The translations under genes and the position numbers were made by a program. A DNA stretch of 64,000 nucleotides, from NCBI GenBank assembly GCA_964411375.1, contig CAYPKR010000002.1, positions 64,894 through 128,893 of the forward strand, read 5' to 3'. Source of the DNA: an uncultured Candidatus Saccharibacteria bacterium. Lineage in GTDB: Bacteria > Patescibacteriota > Minisyncoccia > Phycocordibacterales > UBA12088. Each line of letters begins with the position of its first letter. Within the stretch, counting starts at the first letter, position 1. This document shows, one piece after another, positions 57,730 through 64,000 of this stretch. The notes beneath the pieces were generated by a model, which was given only the letters and a program-made list of their open reading frames with translations, did no database searches and was not told the DNA's origin.

Positions 57730-58018
57730 GTAGATGGCATCCCCAGCCCGGGGATGCGGAAATCGGAGGGCGTCCACAAATGCGTGGACATGAGTCGTAT
57801 CACAGCGAGACCCACCTCCTTTCGCAGACCATGAGGGATATCGGACTGCGCGTGCGCGACCCCGCTTTGCCGACAGAACTTTTCGACCGAATGCTCTTGC
57901 GACCCAGTTGATGTTTCGGTGGGCTACGTCTAGCTCACTGAAATATCAAATACACCAGTAGGCCTACGGCCTCACCCCTGCAGAGCTCATTGAGATCTGC
58001 AGGGGTTCTTACTTTTTT
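57730..58018 (+). other. Stand-alone unit: 43-aa sORF (57780-57911) and/or structured RNA
   Basis: TTGTTC, 17 nt, TGnTATGGT; GGAGG upstream of ATG 57780; long 3' hairpin; CCCCTGCAG/CTGCAGGGG terminator. Confidence 0.45.
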
Positions 58019-58065
58019 AAAAAGGTAATGCCGGACGAGACATTTGGTCTCGTCCGGCGTTTAGG

Positions 58066-58632
58066 TCAGGTTGCCAAGTGCGCGACCGAACTCGACTCAA
58101 GCAATCTGCGGATTCGATCAATCAGGGTCGGCTTCCCCGAACGTGGCGGAATCCCGCAGGTCACCAGGTATCCATAGAATGGCACACACACAAGAGCAAG
58201 TCCCGTAGATAGCACAAATAAAAATTGCGAACCTAGCCCGCGGGAGAACAGAATACAAATGCTCAAGCTGAAAAAACTAACAACACAAAAGAGCATCAGC
58301 CAAAAACAAACAACTCGCATTTCCAAAGATTCCCTATATGTTCTTATTGTTGTGCTAGGCGAATATCTTGCGAGGTATGATTCCTGTTCGTATTTGAATG
58401 TCCGGAAATATGAAACGACGGCGCAAAGAATCGGACAAAATAGAAACGCTGTTCCGCCCGCATTGATTTTCAGCCATACAATAAGGCCTCCGAGGAATAG
58501 AAGCGCTGCAAGTGACACCATGCAGAGACCTCGCGTAATTTGGTATGAATTGATACCAAAATGGCGGAAAGCCCAGTCACTCACATTTTGATGCCATTGC
58601 TGAAGCAGATTGTCGCATCTCACGAAAGTCAT
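58066..58632 (-). CDS. Orphan membrane protein with about 4 TM segments
   Basis: AAGGA SD; hydrophobic segments; hairpin at 58030-58058. Confidence 0.6.
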   Translation of the reverse strand: MTFVRCDNLLQQWHQNVSDWAFRHFGINSYQITRGLCMVSLAALLFLGGLIVWLKINAGGTAFLFCPILCAVVSYFRTFKYEQESYLARYSPSTTIRTYRESLEMRVVCFWLMLFCVVSFFSLSICILFSRGLGSQFLFVLSTGLALVCVPFYGYLVTCGIPPRSGKPTLIDRIRRLLESSSVAHLAT

Positions 58633-58719
58633 GGATCGTTTCCTTTCTCGCAGAATAGGACATTCTAAAAATGTTGTAGCACGAAAAATGAATTTGTCCA
58701 GAATGGTATACTGCCTCCT

Positions 58720-60621
58720 ATGCGATTACTGAAAGTCTATCCAATTCAGCGTGGGATTCCGAAGGATGCACTTTCGTATTTCACGGGAGAAAAAATTGAA
58801 GCAGGTGCGGTTATTTCAGTACCACTTCGAAACAAGACAACGGCTGCGGTCGTCACGAGTGTCGAAGAAGTTGCGGAAGCAAAGACAGAAATTCGAAAGT
58901 CAGATTTTACACTTAGAAAAATTGCACCGAAAGCACCGAAGTATCTTCTCTATAGCTCGTACATTCGTGCAATTGTTCGTGCGAGTGAATATTATGCCGC
59001 AACTCCGGGAGCACTTCTTGCACAAACAATTCCACGAACACTTTTTATTGATCCCACAAAGCTCGCAACTCCTAAACCAATTCGCACTACTCCGGGAGTA
59101 CAAGAAACAACCTCAGAAAAATTGGTATTCCAAGGAGACAACATTGAGCGACTTGAGCATCACAAAAATTTGGTACGTGAAGAATTCGCGAGTCGAAAGT
59201 CAGTATTTATTTTGGTTCCGACGATTCAAGACGGCGAGCGACTGTATGCATTTTTATCGCGCGGCATTCCGCAATTTACCTATTTACTCCATTCTGGTCT
59301 TTCGGAACGAGAAGCAAGGACGCGGTGGAACAAAGCGGTGACTGATCCACATCCGATTGTGATAATCGGCACTGGCTCGTTTCTTTCGCTCCCGCGATAT
59401 GACCTCGGCACTATCATTGTCGAGCGAGAAAATAGTTCAGCATATAAATCAATCTATCGCCCGTTTGCCGATATGCGTGTGATTGCAGAGCGACTTGCGG
59501 AAGAAATGCATGTGCGCCTGATTTTCGCTGATTCACCGCTTTCAGTTTCCAGCATGTATCGCGTGGGAGAAAATGATCTCGATCTTCGAAGCGCATCGAG
59601 ATCGAGAAGTATTTCAGTGGCAGATACATTTCTGATCGATATGCGTGAAGAAAAACCAAAGCATAAATCAGAAAAATTTGTCGTACTCGGAAAACAGTTG
59701 TTACAAGAAATGGCAAAATCCCTCGCCGCGCATGAAAATATTTTTCTCTTCACTGCGCGTCGCGGACTCTCTCCCATCACCGTATGCGAAGATTGTGGTA
59801 ATGCCGTTCTCTGCGATATCACCAAAACTCCCGTCATTCTCCATAAAGGTCCGAAAGGAAATGTGTTTGTCTGTCATTCCTGTGGCGCGATGCGTCCTGC
59901 AGATGAGCGGTGTCGCACCTGTGGATCGTGGAAACTTCAAACACTTGGTATCGGTAGTGAGCTTGTTGAAGAAATTGTGCGAGAAATATTTCCAGATGCG
60001 CCGATCTTTGTAATCGACAAAGATAAAACCAAGACACATCGAGAGGCGGTGAAAGTCGCGGAAAAGTTTGCAAACTCGCGTGGAGCAATTCTCCTTGGAA
60101 CCGAAATGGCGCTTTCCTATCTTCCTGAATCAGTTCCAACAATTGGGATTGTATCGATCGATTCCCTGCTCTCGCTTCCCGAGTGGAATGCGTACGAGCG
60201 AGTTTTCGGCATTCTTATACGACTGCGCAGTACCGCTGGAAACAAACTGATCGTACAGTCGAGAAAAACTGAATCAGAAGTTCTCGATCATGCACTGAAA
60301 GGCGCTCTCAATGATTTCTATCGAAGTGAAATTGATATGCGAAAACAATTTGGCTATCCTCCATTTTCAACGTTCATAAAAATTACCGTCTCGGGAAGCG
60401 CAGCCGTTGTCGAAGAAGAAATGAAAGAAATCGAGCGCGTATTTGCGCCATTTGGACTCTCGGGTCGCTCTCACTTAATGCACACCGGAAAAAACATATA
60501 TATGATGCACGCATTTTTGCGAATCGACCGATCCGAATGGCCAAAAAATGATATCGTGGCGCTCTTAAAAACCTTGCCACCAGACATTACCGTTACGGTT
60601 GACCCAGAAAGCATTTTGTAA
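58720..60621 (+). CDS. priA: Primosomal protein N' (degenerate helicase motifs)
   Basis: N-terminal VPLR, LHSGLS, RRG, Cys-rich region, GIGSE, YPPF. Confidence 0.88.
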   Translation: MRLLKVYPIQRGIPKDALSYFTGEKIEAGAVISVPLRNKTTAAVVTSVEEVAEAKTEIRKSDFTLRKIAPKAPKYLLYSSYIRAIVRASEYYAATPGALLAQTIPRTLFIDPTKLATPKPIRTTPGVQETTSEKLVFQGDNIERLEHHKNLVREEFASRKSVFILVPTIQDGERLYAFLSRGIPQFTYLLHSGLSEREARTRWNKAVTDPHPIVIIGTGSFLSLPRYDLGTIIVERENSSAYKSIYRPFADMRVIAERLAEEMHVRLIFADSPLSVSSMYRVGENDLDLRSASRSRSISVADTFLIDMREEKPKHKSEKFVVLGKQLLQEMAKSLAAHENIFLFTARRGLSPITVCEDCGNAVLCDITKTPVILHKGPKGNVFVCHSCGAMRPADERCRTCGSWKLQTLGIGSELVEEIVREIFPDAPIFVIDKDKTKTHREAVKVAEKFANSRGAILLGTEMALSYLPESVPTIGIVSIDSLLSLPEWNAYERVFGILIRLRSTAGNKLIVQSRKTESEVLDHALKGALNDFYRSEIDMRKQFGYPPFSTFIKITVSGSAAVVEEEMKEIERVFAPFGLSGRSHLMHTGKNIYMMHAFLRIDRSEWPKNDIVALLKTLPPDITVTVDPESIL

Positions 60622-60675
60622 AATTGATTTTCTTACTCATTTTCCAAAAGCACAAAATCGGCTAGAATCACCTCT

Positions 60676-61215
60676 ATGGCTACAACTATTGTGCAAAAAG
60701 GTAATCCGGTACTCGACAAGCCTGCAGAAGTAGTACCTGTTTCCGAAATCACTTCCCCGAAAATCAAAAAGATTATTGCGGATATGAAAAAAGCGCTTGC
60801 TGGCGAGGCAGATGGTGCTGCGATCGCCGCGCCGCAGATTGGCGTGCCACTTCGAATATTTGTCGTGTCTGGGCGAATTCTTAGGAAAACCGATGACGAA
60901 AATGAAGAAACGCCTCCGGACGTAACATTCATCAATCCAATCATCACCAAACTTTCAAAAACAAAAAAAGCAATGGACGAAGGTTGCTTATCGGTACGCG
61001 GACAATACGGAATGATCGAACGCGCCACCAAAGCAACAGTCAAAGCGTACGACGAATGGGGCAAATCATTTATGCGTGGGGGATCGGGACTGTTAGCGCA
61101 AGTATTTCAACACGAGTGCGATCATCTTGAAGGAATTTTGTTTGTCTCAAAAGCAACCGAAATATGGAAAGTGTCACCACCAGCAAAAGAGCAGTCAGAA
61201 AATTCTTCAAAATAA
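60676..61215 (+). CDS. def: Peptide deformylase
   Basis: GAAIAAPQIG, EGCLS, QHECDHLEG. Confidence 0.97.
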   Translation: MATTIVQKGNPVLDKPAEVVPVSEITSPKIKKIIADMKKALAGEADGAAIAAPQIGVPLRIFVVSGRILRKTDDENEETPPDVTFINPIITKLSKTKKAMDEGCLSVRGQYGMIERATKATVKAYDEWGKSFMRGGSGLLAQVFQHECDHLEGILFVSKATEIWKVSPPAKEQSENSSK

Positions 61216-61219
61216 CACT

Positions 61220-62080
61220 ATGCAACTTCGAATTGTTTTTTTTGGATCTCCCCCACTTGCGCTTGAAACATTAAACGCGCTAAAAGAAGCGAGTCTTTTG
61301 CCGACCTTGATTGTCACTATGCCGGACGCCCCTGAAGGACGACGCGGTGCGAACGTAACCGCACCAGTAAAAGAATGGGCAGAAAAAGAAGAGATTGATG
61401 TTCTTCAACCAACATCAATTGACGACGAAGAATTACAAGAGGCGCTCCAAAACAACGACTGGGATTTGTTTGTTGTTGCCGCGTACGGGATGATTCTTCC
61501 CCAAAGCGTACTCGATATTCCCAAGCATGGTGCGCTGAATGTGCATCCGTCTCTCCTTCCTAAAGATCGCGGCGTGTCGCCATTCATTTCCCAAATTCTT
61601 GCCGATGATCCAACCTGCGGCGTTTCAGTGATTTTGCTTGATGAAAAAATGGATCACGGCCCAATACTCGCGCAAAGTCGCATCGTAATTGATCCGGAAG
61701 ATTGGCCACCGACCGGCGAAGTTCTTGGTAAACTTCTTGCCGAAGCCGGAGGCGAATTACTCTCCGAAACAATTCGTCCGTGGGTCAAGGGTGAAATAAC
61801 ACCGGAAGATCAAGATCATTCAAAAGCGACGTTCACCAAGAAATTTACAAAATCCGATGGCGAGCTAAATCTTTCTGACGATGCCAGGCAAAATTATCTA
61901 AAAATTGCAGCATTCACTCCGTGGCCAGGTACGTATTTTTTTGCAAAACGGAAAAATGGTGACGAGGTACGGGTCAAAATTGCTGATGCAGAATTCAACA
62001 ATGACACGCTCACCATTACGCGTGTCATTCCGGAAGGAAAAAAAGAAATGGCGTACGAAGATTTTCTTCGAGGACTCTAG
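61220..62080 (+). CDS. fmt: Methionyl-tRNA formyltransferase
   Basis: VAAYG, NVHPSLLP..RG..P, MDHGPI, PWPG; ATG at 61220. Confidence 0.95.
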   Translation: MQLRIVFFGSPPLALETLNALKEASLLPTLIVTMPDAPEGRRGANVTAPVKEWAEKEEIDVLQPTSIDDEELQEALQNNDWDLFVVAAYGMILPQSVLDIPKHGALNVHPSLLPKDRGVSPFISQILADDPTCGVSVILLDEKMDHGPILAQSRIVIDPEDWPPTGEVLGKLLAEAGGELLSETIRPWVKGEITPEDQDHSKATFTKKFTKSDGELNLSDDARQNYLKIAAFTPWPGTYFFAKRKNGDEVRVKIADAEFNNDTLTITRVIPEGKKEMAYEDFLRGL

Positions 62081-62455
62081 TTACTTCCCTCTGCCAAAGC
62101 CACGAAGGAATTCCTTTACTTTCGCACCGCCCGAGCGGACAAAGCGAAGATTTTTCTTTTTGTCGCGACGTACTTCGCGAATAAGCGCCGCCTGCATTGT
62201 ATCGATTGCGGCTTCGATTGTTTCTGCTTCGGCAGTCGATCGATACATCGCTCCGTCAATCGAGAGATTTACTTCGGCATAATACACTTCTCCTTTCACA
62301 TGGTGGTCGGTGGTTTTGGCAAGTTCTGCCTCACACACTACTTTACTTCCGTCTTTCAGTAATCGTCCGATCGGTTCAAGTCGCTTCTCAAGGTATGTAG
62401 CGGAAGAGCGGTCGTGACTTAGGTTTTTGCTTTTTATCTGTACTGGTAGTTGCAT
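62081..62455 (-). CDS. raiA: Ribosome hibernation factor HPF/RaiA
   Basis: I.SKN, AEVNL, AAID, R.K pattern of the S30AE family. Confidence 0.85.
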   Translation of the reverse strand: MQLPVQIKSKNLSHDRSSATYLEKRLEPIGRLLKDGSKVVCEAELAKTTDHHVKGEVYYAEVNLSIDGAMYRSTAEAETIEAAIDTMQAALIREVRRDKKKNLRFVRSGGAKVKEFLRGFGRGK

Positions 62456-62705
62456 CTACTTTTTTATTAGGCTTAGTAAGGTACTCGTCATTTACAACTA
62501 ACAATTTGTGATCTTCGTTCTTTCCTCCCCAAATTTTGACGGCATGCTTTGGCACAGCGAGATGCTTCGCCATAAGTTCAGTGGTTCGGAGATTTGGATT
62601 GTTGTACGCGATTCTCGGTCGGATAAATAGTTCAAAGTGTGTCTTGCCGACTTGTTTTATCCGCGTGCGCGGGGCATTTTCGGTGACATGTACTCGAATA
62701 TACAT
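62388..62705 (-). CDS. DUF167 (YggU-like) protein, divergent
   Basis: I.VHV..NA, N.PN, V.I.GG....HK pattern. Confidence 0.65.
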   Translation of the reverse strand: MYIRVHVTENAPRTRIKQVGKTHFELFIRPRIAYNNPNLRTTELMAKHLAVPKHAVKIWGGKNEDHKLLVVNDEYLTKPNKKVDATTSTDKKQKPKSRPLFRYIP

Positions 62706-62731
62706 TGGTACTTCTATTGTAGTACAAAGTC

Positions 62732-63331
62732 CTAGCGCTTCCTATCGTATCTGCCAATAAGTTCAGCGGTTTCAAGGGTTGTACTACCCATTGACGCAAC
62801 TACCTCATCTAGAGTTGGATCTTTTTTGAATTCAAGCATTTGGCTCAGTGCGTAGAGACGGAAGAAATAGCGGTGTTCACGGTCAGGCGGACATGGACCA
62901 GCGTATGCGGCTTTGCCCGCGCCGTTTAGTCCTTGCATTCCCGACGGAGTTGCGTCCTCCCCGATCATCGTCGTTGTTGCCGGCATATTGAACACGACCC
63001 AATGATCAAACTTTTCAATATTTCTACTTTGCTTTACTGAATCAGGAATGTCGGGATCGCTCATGAGAAGCACGAGCGACTTGGTGCCCTCTGGTACATT
63101 ACTAATCTGGAGCGGCGGATTAATTCCTGCGCCGTCACACGTATATTGTTCTGGAATCAATCCATTTGCAGTAAACGCAGAACTGGTTAGTGCAAGCATA
63201 TTGGTTGATGTTGGAGAATTAGTAATAGGATCTTCGGTCATATCTTTTGGCGTTGCTTTTTGCATGAGAAGCACCAATCCACCGATCAGGAGGATAAAAA
63301 TACTGATCAAGAGCGCCTGTCCGAATCGCAT
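62732..63331 (-). CDS. YbhB/YbcL (PEBP) family protein
   Basis: YTCDG..INPPL, DPD, HWVVFN, YAGPCPP, HRYFF.LYAL. Confidence 0.95.
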   Translation of the reverse strand: MRFGQALLISIFILLIGGLVLLMQKATPKDMTEDPITNSPTSTNMLALTSSAFTANGLIPEQYTCDGAGINPPLQISNVPEGTKSLVLLMSDPDIPDSVKQSRNIEKFDHWVVFNMPATTTMIGEDATPSGMQGLNGAGKAAYAGPCPPDREHRYFFRLYALSQMLEFKKDPTLDEVVASMGSTTLETAELIGRYDRKR

Positions 63332-63441
63332 ATGCGTCAGTATATCATCCGAAAATAAAAATAAGATGAACTTATATCTCTATCTCCCTCAGATACACGA
63401 ACGCGCTCCTCATAAGAGCGCGCTCTTCGTATCAGGTCGGA

Positions 63442-63600
63442 TCATTTTAAGGAATGTGGTGTTTGTGTCGATTGAACTGACGCGATCGTGGTCGTCGCAT
63501 CCTGGGCGGCAGCGAGTCCGGCATATCCGGCAATTGCGCCACCGATTAGTATTGCGCCTGCAATGACAGGAAGTGCAGCGAATGTCGGGAGTTTATTCAT
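63442..63600 (-). CDS. 52-aa ORF that is mostly a signal peptide (possible gene remnant)
   Basis: MNKLPTFAALPVIAGAILIGGAIAGYAGLAAAQDATTTIASVQSTQTPHSLK; hairpin at about 63394-63432. Confidence 0.55.
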   Translation of the reverse strand: MNKLPTFAALPVIAGAILIGGAIAGYAGLAAAQDATTTIASVQSTQTPHSLK

Positions 63601-63739
63601 TCATTTTTCAATTATCCGTTAGTAGTAATGCCTAGCTAGGGTGGAGCAGATTATTATCTTCTCGACTCCATGTATTGGTACAGCGGCAGAGCACTATTAT
63701 TTCATCTGATATACTGGAGTCATCAGATAATTTCCTCGA

Positions 63740-64000
63740 ATGGAACAGCATCCAGGCATCATTACGATCGGCATCACGGTTCTCACAATATTTTTGACGT
63801 TTATAACGGCACTCAAATACGCGATACCGAATGTGTTCGTCCGTACGCGCCTCATCATGTCCTCATTTTTTATCTTTATCGTAATTACCCTTACGATTTC
63901 ATTTTGGCGCTACACCTTCCCCTCACTTCCCTTCACCATTCCTGCATTTACCATGGGAGCATTGATCGGCTGGTCTATCGGCGTGCGCACTGAAAAAGAA
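63740..64000 (+). CDS. Membrane protein, 3'-truncated by the window edge
   Basis: Open frame MEQHPGIITIGITVLTIFLTFITALKY... runs to the end; GATAAT just upstream of the ATG. Confidence 0.65.
   Translation, partial: MEQHPGIITIGITVLTIFLTFITALKYAIPNVFVRTRLIMSSFFIFIVITLTISFWRYTFPSLPFTIPAFTMGALIGWSIGVRTEKE

Noticed and set aside
63670-63993. 107-aa His-rich ORF
   Set aside because: Shadow frame of the more credible membrane protein starting at 63740.
1-64000. Prophage, IS element, integron or alternative genetic code
   Set aside because: No integrase, transposase or phage structural genes; conserved genes end normally at TGA (murG, gltX, recR).

Overview
The window looks like a compact Patescibacteria (CPR), most likely Parcubacteria-type, chromosome segment; this is inferred from gene content (archaeal-type AspRS, class I LysRS, degenerate PriA and HolB, two MreB paralogs, a conserved VirD4/TraD-like ATPase) and from core genes lacking Shine-Dalgarno (SD) sites. 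Most of it is housekeeping: tRNA synthetases, cell wall and division genes (a split dcw cluster, mreBCD-mrdA, murA), dnaB, recR, priA, scpAB, rpmA, rplI, rplU, frr, def, fmt and tRNA-Glu(CTC). Gene polarity converges on an AT-rich gap near 15 kb that contains a palindromic dif-like site, suggesting the replication terminus. The most unusual signals are: (i) about ten small stand-alone units between core genes (most with a sigma70-like promoter, all with a terminator) that appear to encode either heavily structured RNAs or 35-50 aa microproteins missed by the ORF track, one being a tRNA-like domain clamped in a 12-bp closing stem; (ii) an NNMT/PNMT-family methyltransferase translationally coupled to a stand-alone membrane sensor-like gene and followed by a GAF histidine kinase; (iii) tRNA 3'-end-derived inverted repeats beside a multi-repeat secreted GDSL hydrolase; (iv) a Cys-to-Asp MurA of the fosfomycin-insensitive type. 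All calls were made by eye; no searches or folding programs were run.
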